Of a stretch of DNA of 64,000 nucleotides, positions 24,881 through 36,618 are shown piece by piece (within the stretch, counting starts at the first letter, position 1; every line of letters begins with the position of its first letter). This stretch comes from Squalus acanthias (taxonomy: Eukaryota): contig CM059432.1 in the NCBI GenBank assembly GCA_030390025.1, forward strand, positions 49,664,001 through 49,728,000, read 5' to 3'. The notes beneath the pieces are model-generated. The model did no database searches. It saw only the letters and a list, made by a program, of their open reading frames with translations, and had not been told where the DNA came from. The translations under genes and the position numbers were made by a program.

Positions 24881-26020
24881 CAAGCTTATACTAACCACTC
24901 TTATTTTAGTTATTGCTGTGCAGTTTTCTTTAATAATTTGATGAATCATGCATTTTTACAGAGTAAGCATCTGTACAAGGGCTTTCTTCATAAAATGCTT
25001 AGAAAAACAAAGTGGCATTTTGGTGATGCTATTGCAGTCTTACATTGGATTTCATTGACAGGTCTAGGACACAGTATATGTGCCAATGCAGCTAAAATAC
25101 TTTAAAAAAATCTATATAATAGAGTACAATCGCTGATACATTTAATTTCATATTACTGATCTGAAAACCCCCCTGAAATTTAAGCTTAAAATTATAAATG
25201 TGATATTTTAGCCCCAGAGGTAAAACTGAACAAACACAACCAAACTCCTCCATGATGGGATAGTGACTTGGCTATTTTTTTGTAACAATACACAAGAATC
25301 AATAAATGATTTGTTTTAGAGTTAAATATTTGATGTATTTATAGAATTGAATCTTTTTTCAAACTGATTACATTCCAATTACAACCTCATTGACTGTTTT
25401 GTTCACCAATGTTCAGTTTACAGATCATTTCAGGAGCTCCAGAGTAAACACTCAATACCAACTGCAAGGACTGAGAATTGAAATGTTAATGCATTTTCAA
25501 ATGGCTTCCCTGCATATATAACACCACTTAAAGAAGAAAAATTACTTTGAGCCATAAGCCAGTCCCAGGTTAACCAAGAACACCCTGGAGTCATTGCAGA
25601 GTCATTGTTTATTCACTGTTAACACAAATAAATTTTGATTCAGCCCACAGGACAGGAGCCAAAAAAAAACCTTGCCTAAAATAACATAAAAAATGAGAGG
25701 CTCTGTACTGGTTTGGAATACTTAAGTACTGTTTGTGTTTGTTCAGAGTATAAGCTGCTCCTGTGCTAATTAAATGCCAATGCCTAAGTTTGAGTACGCT
25801 GTTTAATCACAGCATAGAAGCTGTTGAAATTCTAGATAGGTGTTTATCTATATAATGCTATATGAAATGGGAAAATAACTTGCTTTCAAATATTTTTAAA
25901 ATGTTAATACATTTAAGTACTTTATTTCCTGTATTTTCAAAAAAAAAGGGCCTGTTAATCTGCATTGATTTAACATCCAGCTGACATCTAGCAAGATGAT
26001 GCACAGTTTGCATTTTCCCA

Positions 26021-26039
26021 GCATCCGCAGTATTTTGCT
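26021..26039 (+). mobile_element. Penelope tail-only micro-insertion
   Basis: gcatccgcagtattttgct is identical to the pLTR tail at 29295-29313 and is flanked by a 14-bp direct repeat tttgcattttccca. Confidence 0.75.
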
Positions 26040-26445
26040 TTTGCATTTTCCCACGTGGGTTTATCAAATTGGTAAAATCTTAATGGCAGTCAGTCAACAG
26101 CAGTAATTAGACCAAGTTACTGGGGAGGAAAGAGTGGATGGGGGAGAAATTGGCTAACCCTTGAAAATGGGTGTGAGGATCGCAGTATGCGATTAACCCG
26201 CAACAGCGCATTGCATTACAGGCAGCACGTTAAATTCATGCTGTCTGCTGCTTTACATGATGGCTGCGTGCAGCCAGCGTTACAAGCGCTGTTGATTGGC
26301 TGCATGCATCAGCAGCAGGTCCGATATCCCGAGTGGCTAGCGCTACTTAAAGGAAGCCTGCACCCCTTAAAGGGGAGGTGCATTGTGGCTGCAAGGAGTG
26401 GTGAGAGTATTTTGAAAACTGAATCTGTGCTGTGATACTTTGAGC

Positions 26446-26684
26446 AATGGCTGAACATGCGAGGGAGCGAGCACCAAGGTTTTCAGACACTAAACTGGAG
26501 GTCTTGGTGGAAGAAGTGGAACGAAGGAGAGTCGCCTGTTTCTGCAGGGGGTAGGAGGCCCTCCAGACAGATGCTCAGGAGGCAGTGGGAAGAAGTAGCA
26601 GCGGAAGTCAATGCCAGGAGTGTTGCTCCAAGAAAATGGATGCAGTGCAGGAAGAAGTTTAACAATGTCACACGAGTTATCAAG
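26446..26684 (+). pseudogene. Harbinger Myb/SANT-like DNA-binding exon
   Basis: MAEHARERAPRFSDTKLEVLVEEV, then a frameshift, then WEEVAAEVNA...WMQCRKKFNN and the donor AAG|GTGAGT. Confidence 0.85.
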
Positions 26685-26858
26685 GTGAGTGAGTTCACCC
26701 TCAAATGGCATATCCTACCAACTGCACCACCAGCCTCATTCGCTGCTCAATTCACTACACTCCCATCACCCATCTACCAACAATCTCTATGAATCAGTAC
26801 TCAATCCTACAATTCATACACTTTACCTCACCCTCACACACTTAGCACTGTTGCAAGC

Positions 26859-28387
26859 TGTAAGATTATCATGGATTAGTTGATTTTTAGAATACTTGCT
26901 TTACTATCTTATAATCATCAGTATCTTATAATCATCAGTAATGGATTTATAATCGTGTGTAAGAATTAAATGTAAAACTCTGTAATCATTAATTGTATGC
27001 AATGATAACCTGAATTATATATGACATGTAACCCTTTTGCTTATAATTAAAATCTGTGAGTAAGCTGTAACCAGGCAGCCTGGGGTGAGAAAGAGGATTG
27101 CTATGGTTGAATAGGGAGGCTGTGTAAGCAAGTTGAATATTAGCCAACAGTAAGGATGAGACAATGGGCTGGATTTTGCCAGCCCCGAGGAGGCGGGTAT
27201 GGAGGCGGGACTGCTGGTAAAGTTGCAGAAAGTGGGGGCGGCTGGCAAACCCGCCCCCAACCCGCCTCCGTGCCCTTTTGCCAGGAGGCGGGAAGCTGTC
27301 CTGACCCGGGTCCCGTCTCCTCGAGGCGGGAAAGGGATTAAATCCTTTTAACTGCCTGTTAACAGGTAGTTAACAAGTAGAAAAAAGGATTAGTCCCATT
27401 TTACCTTTTCAAGTGCAGGCTTCCCGAACTCAGAGAACCCTGCCGGGGTGGAAGAGATGAGTAGGAGGTCTGCGGGGGTCAGAGGGGTCTGAAAGTGAGA
27501 TGTAGAGGTGCGTGATGGGTGCAAGTGTGGAGTGGTAAGTATGTGAGGTGAGTGTAAAGTGTTAGAAATTGTTCACTTACCTTTGTTTCTGCCTACAGCC
27601 TTCAGCCGCTCTGGATCCGGAGTCCCGACATCTTCATTGTAGATTTCACAGACTGGCTGTGAACCAACAGTCATCTGATTTCTACGAAGTAGAAAGGTTT
27701 GATGAGTCCTGAACACAAGTGCTCATGAAACGACACAGAATGTCAGTGTTTGACAGCTTCACAGAGCTGTCAAACGCTGACATTTCTTCTTTCAAGAAAT
27801 CTTGACAGATGGCACGTCAGACGTTGACGTGCTCTGTCACTGACTTCCCCCTAATTGGCCTTGCTGAGCCCACTGGACGGGCTTAACAAGGTCAATCAGG
27901 GGAAAATCCCGCTGGTTGGCCAGAAGATGATGGAGGCGGGACTGAGACCCAGCAAGCAGCAGTCCCACCTCCAACACATCTCCATTCAGAAAATCCAGCC
28001 CATAGAGTGCAGCTAGCCTGGGAAGCAAGATCAGGTGTAGCTGCCACTGTGTTGGAATGTTATGATGTCTGCAGTGAATTAAAAACATAGGCCTTCACAG
28101 AAACAGTGAACAGCAAGGACACCATCTCTACACTATGGAGACATGTACCTTTTGTGTTGCCATAACTACCCCAGATATGAGTCTTGATTGTCAAAAACAG
28201 ATGATGTAAGGGTGTCATAAGACTAGAACCTGTGCAAGCCAAGGTGCTGCAGATGTGCCATCTTTATGATTGGATTTTGGGTTTGGGGTGTAAGCTAGTG
28301 ATTGGTTCAAGAGGACTCTGTAGGTTTTGAATGAGAGTAAGGGTATAGGAAGGGGGTCTTAACAGCCAAAAAGTGTAAAAGATTTCA
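26859..28387 (+). mobile_element. Possible LTR fragment interrupted by the multi-hairpin element
   Basis: Starts abruptly with TGTAAG inside the Harbinger intron and is AT-rich, U3-like. No 3' terminus seen. Confidence 0.3.
27166..28001. mobile_element. Non-autonomous Harbinger-type element, multi-hairpin family (copy 2)
   Basis: Same TIRs and internal sequence as 9346-10191. Confidence 0.9.
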
Positions 28388-28776
28388 TGGGGTGCCAATC
28401 ACTGCTTTGTCCTGGATGGTGTCGAGCTCCTTGAGTGTTGTTGGAGCTGCACTCACCAGGCAAGTGGAGAGTATTCCATCACACTCCTGACTTGTGCTTT
28501 GTAGATGGTGGAAAGGCTTTGGGGAGTCAGGAGGTGAGACACTCGCCAAAGAACAGGCAGCCTCTGACTTGTTTTGTAGCCACAGTATTTATTAGGCTGG
28601 TTCAGTTAAGTTTCTGGTCAATTGTGACACCCAGGATGTTGATGGTGGGGGATTCAGTGATGGTAATGTCATTGAATGTCAAGGGGAGATCGCTAGACTT
28701 TATCTTGTTGGAAATAACAACAGAAAACGCTGGAAAAACTCAGCAGGCCAGGCAGCATCCGTGGAGAGAGAAAGAG

Positions 28777-28813
28777 AGTTAACGTTTCAGGTCGATGACC
28801 TTTCGTCAGAACT
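28777..28813 (-). ncRNA. Minimal type I hammerhead ribozyme
   Basis: Reverse complement reads AGTT-CTGACGA-A-AGGTC atc GACCT-GAA-ACGT-T-AACT. Confidence 0.8.
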
Positions 28814-29182
28814 GTGAAGAGCCGGAAATCAAATAGATTTAAGGCCAGAGTAAAGCTGGGAAAAGGGGGAGGGGATAAAAGAACAAAGGGGGAGATGAAG
28901 AGACATTAAGAGACATTAAGAGATATGCAAGGCTAGAGGTGGTGTTAATGTGACAGATTAAGGCTGAAAGAAGTGTGAAATCCACTGGCAGAATGAAGGA
29001 CAGCTGCCAGCTTCTAGGACGAAAAAAAAGGTGGGGGGGCAAATAAAAGGATGGAAAAAATAAAATATAAATGTGATTGGAGCTAAGGTTATGATCTGAA
29101 ATTGTTGAACTCGATATTGAGTCCAGAGGGCTGTAGCGTGCTTTACTCTGGCCTTAAATCTATTTGATTTCCGGCTCTTCAC

Positions 29183-29219
29183 AGTTCTGACGAAAGGTCA
29201 TCGACCTGAAACGTTAACT
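29183..29219 (+). ncRNA. Minimal type I hammerhead ribozyme
   Basis: AGTT-CTGACGA-A-AGGTC atc GACCT-GAA-ACGT-T-AACT, with a palindromic stem III. Confidence 0.8.
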
Positions 29220-32200
29220 CTCTTTCTCTCTCCACGGATGCTGCCTGGCCTGCTGAGTTTTTCCAGCGTTTTCTGTTGTTATTTCAGATTTCCAGCATCC
29301 GCAGTATTTTGCTATCGTATTTATCTTGTTGGAGATGGCCATTACCTGACACTTGTGTAGCGCAAATGTTATTTGCCACTTATCAGCCCAAGTCTGAATG
29401 TCATCCAGGTCTTGCTGCAGGCGGGCATGGACTCCTTCATTATCTAAGGAGTTGTGAATGGAACTGAACACTGTGCAATCATCAGCGAACATCCCCACTT
29501 CTGACCTTATGTTGGAGGGAAGGTCATTGATGAAGCAGCTGAAGCTGGATGGGACTAGGACACTGCCCTGAGGAACTCTTGCAGTGATGACCTGGGGCTG
29601 AGATGCTTGACCTCCACCAACCACAACCATTTCCGTTGTGCGAGGTATGACTCCAGCCAGTGGAGAGATTTCCCCCTGATTCCCATTGACTTCAGTTTTA
29701 CTTGGGCTCCTTGATGCCACACTTGGTCAAATGCTGCCTTGATGTCAAGGGCGGTCACTCTCACCTCACCTCTGGAATTCAGCTCTTTTGTCCATGTTTT
29801 GATCAACGCTGTAATGAGGTCTGGAGCTGAGTAGTCCTGGCGGAACCCAAACTGAGCGTCGGTGAGCAGGTTATTGGTGCGCAAGTGCCGCTTGATAGCA
29901 CTGTCGACGACATCTTCCATCACTTTTTTGATGATTGAGAGTAGGCTGCTGGGGCAGTAATTGGCCAGATTGGATTTGTCCTGCGTTTGGTGAACAGGAC
30001 ATACCTGAGCAATTTTCCACATTGTCAGTTAGATGCCAGTGTTGTAGCTGTACTGGAACAGCTTGGCTAGAAGCGCTGCTAGTTCTGGAGCACAAGTCTT
30101 CAGCATGATAGCCGGGTTGTTGTCGGGGTCCATAGCCTTTGCTGCATCAGCCGTTTCTTGATATCACGTGGAATGAATCGATTTGACTGAAGACTGGCTT
30201 CTGTGATGTTGGGGACCTCAGGAGGAGGCCGAGATGGATCATCCACTCTGCACTTCTGGCTGAAGATAGTTGCAAATGCTTCAGCCTTGTCTTTTGCACT
30301 CATGTGCTGGGCTTCGCCATCGAGGATGGGGATGTTCATGGACCCTCCTCCACCTGTTAGTTGTTTAATTGTTCACCACAATTCACAACTGGATGTGGCA
30401 GGACTTCCATCGTGTTAGTTCTCTCACCACCTGCCGCAGGCCTAGTCTGGCAGCTATGTCTTTCAAGACTCGGCCAGCTCGGTCAGTAGTGGTGCTACTG
30501 AGCCACTCTTGTTGATGGACATTGAAGTCCTCCACCCAGAGTACATTCTGTGCCTTGCTACCCTCAGTGCTTCTTCCAAATGGTGTTCAACTGAGGGAGG
30601 GTAGTAGGTTTCAGCAAGAGGTTACCTTGCCCATGTTTGACGTAAAGCCGTGAGACTTCATGGGATCCGGAGTCAATGTTGAGAACTCCAACGGCCACTC
30701 CCTCCTGTCTGTATACCACTGTGCTGCCACATCTGCCTGCGGGACAGGACATACCCAGGGATGGTAATGGAGTAGTCTGGGACATTGGCTGAAAGGTAAG
30801 ATTCTGTGAGTATGACAATGTCAGGCTGTTGCTTAACTAGTCTGAGAGACAGCTCTCCCAATTTTGCCACAATACCCCATATTTTAGTGAGGAGGACATT
30901 GCAGGGTCGAGTGGGCTGGGTATGCTTTTGTCGTGTCCGGTTTTATTCTTAGTATTCTTCTTTGTAACGGTTTGGTACAACTGAGTGGCTTGCCAGGCCA
31001 TTTCAGAGGGCAGTTAAGAGTCAACCGCATTGTTGTGGGTCTGGAGCCACATATAAAGCCAGACCAATTAAGGATGGCAGATTAGTGAACAAGATAGGTT
31101 TTTACGACAATCATGGTCACCATTACTGATACTAGCTTTTTATTCCAGATTTATTTAATTCACTGAATTTAAATTCCCCAGCTTCCGTGGTGGAATTTGA
31201 ATTCACGTATCCATATCATTAGTCCAGGCCTCTGGATGACAAGTCCAGTAACATAACCACTATGCTACCATACCCTTTTTTGGAGGCTAAGTTAGAGGCA
31301 GAATCTGCATGTGGTGAGATACCGGGCACAAGTGTGCAGGAGCCAGGGCAGGGGGAAAGGATAGCGCATGTGGCATCTCGCTGCAGGGTGAGGTCGCACA
31401 CTAGTTTTGCTGCAGAAGAGTCAGATGAGGACCTCGATGGGCCAGGCTACAGAAGAAGGCTGATGGGTGTACATAACCAAATGCTTGGTGCACTGGAAAG
31501 CCTGCCAGAAAGCCTATGCTCAATGTCAAGGAGCATGGCTAAGTCCAGAAGCAACTTTGCACAGGGCTTTGTGCAGAGCTTGGAGCCCATCCTTTCTAAC
31601 CTCCATCAGCACACTGATGGAACCCACCATGATGCAGCATCTGATGGCCGATGTTACAGCTTCCATTGCAGCACAGGCAGCTTCCATCAAATGTCTGAGT
31701 GCTGTAGTGGAAGCTCAGACTGCTGCCTTGCAAGCTCAGACTGCTGCCAATCATGCCTCTGGATACCACTGTTCAAAGGGGCTTCTAGGGCATCATAGCA
31801 GTCCATCAATCTGTTCTCCAACAGATCAATAGGATTGCTGAAGCACCACCCCAGGAGAGTGGCAGTGGCTCCATGGAGCATGAACCTGCTGTCCTCTCTC
31901 AGGATGGCAGCATTCCTGTTCTCACCGCTGCCATTCTGCCAGTGCCCTTGCTGTTGCTTGTCAGCCAGCCAGCCCAGACTGCTGCAGCCCAGACTGAAAT
32001 GGTGCAGTCTGAAGCCGGGTCTTCTAGGCCCAGAGGTTCTCAAGGTCAGCCTCCAAGACCATCTGCAATCTCCTCAATTGGAAGTCAGCAACCTTCCACC
32101 ACCCATGCTGCAGCACCTCATAGGAGCACTAGGAGAGGCAAAGGCATACAGAAGACAGGCACTAAGGGAAAGTTTATTTTTGTATGATTATGCCATGATT

Positions 32201-32980
32201 GAATTGATAAAATTGGATTGGAATGTGCATTTTCTGGTGGTTTTTATTTTTTTATTGGAAAGAAGACAATGTGATGGTCAGTGATAGAGCAAAGGTAGGA
32301 GCATGAGACTGTTGGTGAATGTGGAGGTGTGGTTGAGGTTAATGGTATCGCTCACTAATTATTTTATCATGTAGAGCCCGGGCAGAAAGTGGCTGGCTAT
32401 GGTGTAACCTCCCTTCCTCTTTCTGTTGTTCCACTTCCTGTTGCATTTCCTCCTCCTCCACTTCCTCCTCCTCCTCCTCATGCTCCTACTCCTCAGCTTC
32501 TCGCCTGATAAGTGGTGACAAGAACTGTTCTGTCATAATGGCCAGGTTGTGCAGCATGCAGCACACTACCACAAATCTTGATACCCACTCAGCTTTTGTA
32601 AGCTTTTTATTTCGACTGGCATTAAATTGACAGCAAGACCAATTCTTTTGAAACAATTTGGAATAAGTTTATTAAACACACACACTCATGCACATCAAAA
32701 CAATAGCCTACTGGTATCCTAATGACTCTACTCGATTACAACAGGTAAGGTAATGGGTTAGATTTAAACAGACACGTACTTCCCTGAGTCAAGCAATGCA
32801 CTCAGCCTTTTTCCTTGCTTCTTGGTCTGGTCTGTAGTGGGAGGGTTTCTTGTTTTCCTTGTTTTTCTGCATGGTTATCCAGAGAGAGAGCGAGAGCCTT
32901 TGGGTTCCTTATTTTATTTTATTTTAAATCCATTGTCTCTAGTCTAAATTGCTAAAACCCCAGGATTGGGTCTTAGTTTC

Positions 32981-33061
32981 ATGATGTGGAGATGCCGGTG
33001 TTGGACTGGGGTGGACAAATGTGAGAAGTCGCACAACACCAGGTTATAGTCCAACAGTTTT
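32981..33061 (-). mobile_element. Penelope pLTR fragment (family B)
   Basis: Matches 54044-54124 and the reverse complement of 46796-46875. Confidence 0.85.
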
Positions 33062-33153
33062 CCAGCGTTTTCTGTTGTTATTTCGGATTTCCAGCATCTG
33101 CAGTATTTTGCTATCGTATTAGTGTTTGGTCCACTGCCACCTCTCTTCTAGGA

Positions 33154-35901
33154 ATGCCTACCTTGAAGAAGTTCTGCTCTTCTCTTCGACGGGACCTCCG
33201 TTTGTCTCTTCAACCTTGTTCATCTTCACTACTTTTAGTTTCCCTTCTCGTGTTTGATCAGGTATCTGCCAAGACTCGGTTTCACAGCCACATTACTTTC
33301 CTCAGCAACTGTCTCCGGTTCCGTCTTATTCCACGTGGATTCCAACTCAACTTCCACCCTTCATGTTTCGGATCCACCCAGGATTACAAATATCTCCAAG
33401 ATATTCATCGTTCCTCGAACTACTGCTCTCGCCGCATCTTGAGATCCACGCTCAATGCCATGCGGCGCCACATGAACACTCTCGACCGCTCTCTTCAGCA
33501 GCACCGACGCACTCTATCTCAAAGCTGTCCGGGTCCACAGTTCCATTTCATCCTTCGACTCATCCGACGCTTCAACAAAAAACTTTTTTTCTTCCTTTCT
33601 GATGTCAAGGATCGCAAGCTTCATCAACACTTGAACACCAACGCCCCTCCGGAACCTTCTTCCCCTTCACTTTCCTCTGACCCCCCTTCTCTCAATCTCA
33701 CCCCCTGCCGCGTTTTCACTATCCCTTCTGACCTTCCCCTTTCTGACCCCGAACGATCAGTCCTCAGCAAAGGCCTGAGCTTCATCCCCTTACGCCCCCA
33801 CCTCAATGAATTTCGAGCTCGGCACGATGCTGAGCTCTTTTTCCGCCGCCTCCGTCTCCGTGCCCACTTCTCTGGCCAGGAGTCATCCCCCCATACGGCT
33901 GACCCTTTCTCCCGCTTTCAGAATTCCCGTTCTACCTGGACCCCTCCCTCTGGCCTCTTACCCTCTCTAGATCTTTTCATTGCCAACTGCCGGCGTGACA
34001 TCGGCCGTCTCAATTTCTCTGCTCCCCTCTCTCACTTCAACCTACCTCCCTCTGAACTTGCAGCACTCTATTCTCTCAGATCCAACCCCGACATTGTCAT
34101 TAAACCTGCTGACAAGGGTGGTGCTGTTGTTGTTTGGTGTACCGACCTCTACCTAGCGGAAGCTGAACGCCAACTCTCCGACACCTCCTCCTACCTCCAC
34201 CTGGACCATGACCCCACTACCGAACATCAAACCACCATTTCCAAGACCGTCACTGACCTCATCTCCTCTGGAGATCTTCCCCCACGGCCGCCAACCTCAT
34301 AGTTCCCCAACCCCGCACAGCCCGCTTCTACCTCCTTCCCAAGATCCACAAACAGGACTGCCCCGGTAGACCCATCGTTTCAGCCTGTTCTTGCCCCACG
34401 GAACTTATCTCTTCCTATCTCGACTCTTTTTTCTCCCCTTGTCCAGTCTCTTCCCACCTACATCCGCGACTCTTCCGACGCCCTCCGCCATTTTAACAGT
34501 TTCCAGTTTCCCGGCCCCAACCGCCTCCTCTTCACTATGGACGTACAATCCCTCTACACCTCCATTCCCCACCAGGATGGCCTGAGGGCACTCCGCTTCT
34601 TCCTTGAACAGAGGCCCAACCAGTCCCCATCCATCACCACCCTCCTCCGCCTGGCTGAACTTGTTCTCACATTGAACAACTTCTCCTTTGACTCCACCCA
34701 TTTCCTCCAAATTAAAGGTGTTGCTATGGGTACCCGCATGGGTCCTAGCTATGCCTGCCTTTTCGTGGGATATGTGGAACACTCTTTGTTCCAGTCTTAC
34801 TCGGGTCCCCTCCCTCACCTCTTTTTCCGGTACATTGATGACTGTATCGGTGCTGTTTCCTGCTCTCACCCTGAACTAGAACATTTCATTCAATATGCTT
34901 CCAATTTCCACCCTTCCCTCACCTTCACATGGTCCATCTCCGACTCTTCCCTTCCCTTCCTCGACTTCTCCGTCTCCATCTCTGGGGATAGGTTATTGAC
35001 TAACATTCACTACAAGCCCACTGACTCCCACAGCTACCTGGACTACACTTCCTCCCACCCCGCCTCCTGTAAGGACTCTATTCCATTCTCCCAGTTTCTC
35101 TGTCTCCGCCGCATCTGCTCTGATGATGCCACCTTCCATACCAGTGCTTCCGACATGTCTTCCTTTTTCCTCAACCGAGGATTCCCCTCTACCTTGGTCG
35201 ACACGGCCCTCGACCGTGTCCGTTCTATCTCCTGCACTTCTGCCCTCACCCCTGCCCCTCCCTCCCGGAACCACGATAGAGTTCCCCTTGTCCTCACCTT
35301 TCACCCCACCAGCCTCCACATTCAACGGATCATCCTCCGCCATTTCCGCCACCTCCAGCGTGATCCCACCACCAAACGCATCTTCCCCTCACCTCCCCTT
35401 TCAGCATTCCGCAGGGACCGCTCCCTCCGCGACACCCTAGTCCACTCCTCTACCACCCCCAGCACCCCTTCCCCTTCACCCGGCACCTTCCCGTGCAAGC
35501 GCAGGTGATGCAACACATGCCCTTATACCTCCCCTCTTCCCACTGTCCAGGGCCCCAAACACCCCTTCCAGGTGAAACAGCGATTTACTTGTACTTCCTG
35601 CAATTTATTATACTGTATTCGCTGCTCACGATGTGGTCTCCTCTACATTGGGGAGACCAAACGCAGATTGGGTGACCGCTTTGCGGAACACCTCCGTTCA
35701 GTCCGTAAGGGGGACCCCGAGCTCCCGGTCGCCTGTCACTTTAATTCACCGCTTCACTCCCACTCTGACCTCACCGTCCTCGGCCTATTACACTGTTCCA
35801 CGGAAGCGCAGCGTAAGCTCGAGGAACAGCACCTCATCTTTCGTTTATACACGCTACAGCCCTCTGGACTCAATATCAAGTTCAACAATTTTAGATCATA
35901 A
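33154..35901 (+). pseudogene. Penelope reverse transcriptase-GIY-YIG endonuclease ORF (2 frameshifts, 1 stop)
   Basis: [36 protein letters not shown] (34831-34842) and LLYCIRC..CGLLYIGETKR...RFAEH. Frameshifts at ~34285 and ~34430, TGA at 35506. Confidence 0.95.
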
Positions 35902-36179
35902 CCTTAGCCCCAATCACATTTATATTTTATTTTTTCATCCACCCTTTTATTTGCCCCCCCCCCCTTTTTTTCCCTCCTAGAAGCTGGCAGCTGTCCTTCA
36001 TTCTGCCAGTGCATTTCACACTTCTTTCAGCCTTAACCTGTCACATTAACACCACCTCTTGCCTTGAATATCTCTTAATGTCTCTTAATGTCTCTTAATC
36101 TCTCCTTTTGTTCTTTCATCCCCATCCCTTTACCCAGCTTTATCCTTGCCTTAAATCTCTTTGATTTCCTGCTGTTTCC

Positions 36180-36215
36180 AGTTCTGATGAAAGGTCTCGA
36201 CCTGAAACGTTAACT
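36180..36215 (+). ncRNA. Minimal type I hammerhead ribozyme in the Penelope pLTR
   Basis: AGTT-CTGATGA-A-AGGTC tc GACCT-GAA-ACGT-T-AACT. Confidence 0.82.
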
Positions 36216-36618
36216 CTGTTTCTCTCTCCACGGATGCTGCCTCGCCTGCTGAGTTTTTCCAGCGTTTTCTGTTGTTATTTCGGATTTCCAGCATCTGCAG
36301 TATTTTGCTATCGTATAGTCCAACAGTTTTTGATTGACTTTCCTTTGAACATGTGTCTGTCTGCAGTGGCTGGTGCCAGCTCTTGATTAAGTTAATTGTT
36401 TGTTAACACCTTTTAGTGGCTCTTGAGTTTCGATGGTGAGTTTCGATGGTGAGTCTCTGTGGGGGGTTATCCTGTTATGCAGGTTTCCTTTGTTAAGTTT
36501 CACACCATTGCCTTGAGCAGGTAGATCCATACACATAAAATTCATCTTTCTTACATACATCTTATATTAATAGTCTCGAGTCCATCACACATACAAAACA
36601 TATATTTTTATTCCTACA

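Larger units (their letters stand above)
28713..29319. mobile_element. Penelope inverted-pLTR insertion (family A)
   Basis: 146-bp inverted arms at 28711-28856 and 29140-29285, homologous to 35850-36316. 14-bp TSD tttatcttgttgga at 28699 and 29320. Confidence 0.92.
28388..31275 (-). mobile_element. tRNA-headed single-ORF LINE, decayed, 3' end missing (copy 2)
   Basis: Head GGGTATGGTAGCATAGTGG. Coding remnants KLGELSLRLVKQQPDIVILTESY, DIKAAFDQVWHQG, PQGSVL and FADD. Confidence 0.88.
33057..36316 (+). mobile_element. Penelope-like element (family A), essentially full length, partial-tandem pLTR structure
   Basis: 33057-33119 repeats 36253-36316. RT plus GIY-YIG ORF. A 17-bp direct repeat tatagtccaacagtttt lies at 33045 and 36314. 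Confidence 0.95.
32597..36618 (-). mobile_element. Solo LTR (~0.67 kb without inserts) within the Harbinger transposase
   Basis: TGTA...TACA termini and a minus-strand AATAAA near 32670. It splits the transposase between QYS and AEWVSRFVVVCCMLHN. The TSD is not clean. Confidence 0.6.

Noticed and set aside
31190..31275. tRNA gene
   Set aside because: Only A/B-box-like motifs with no full cloverleaf. It is the head of a retroelement.
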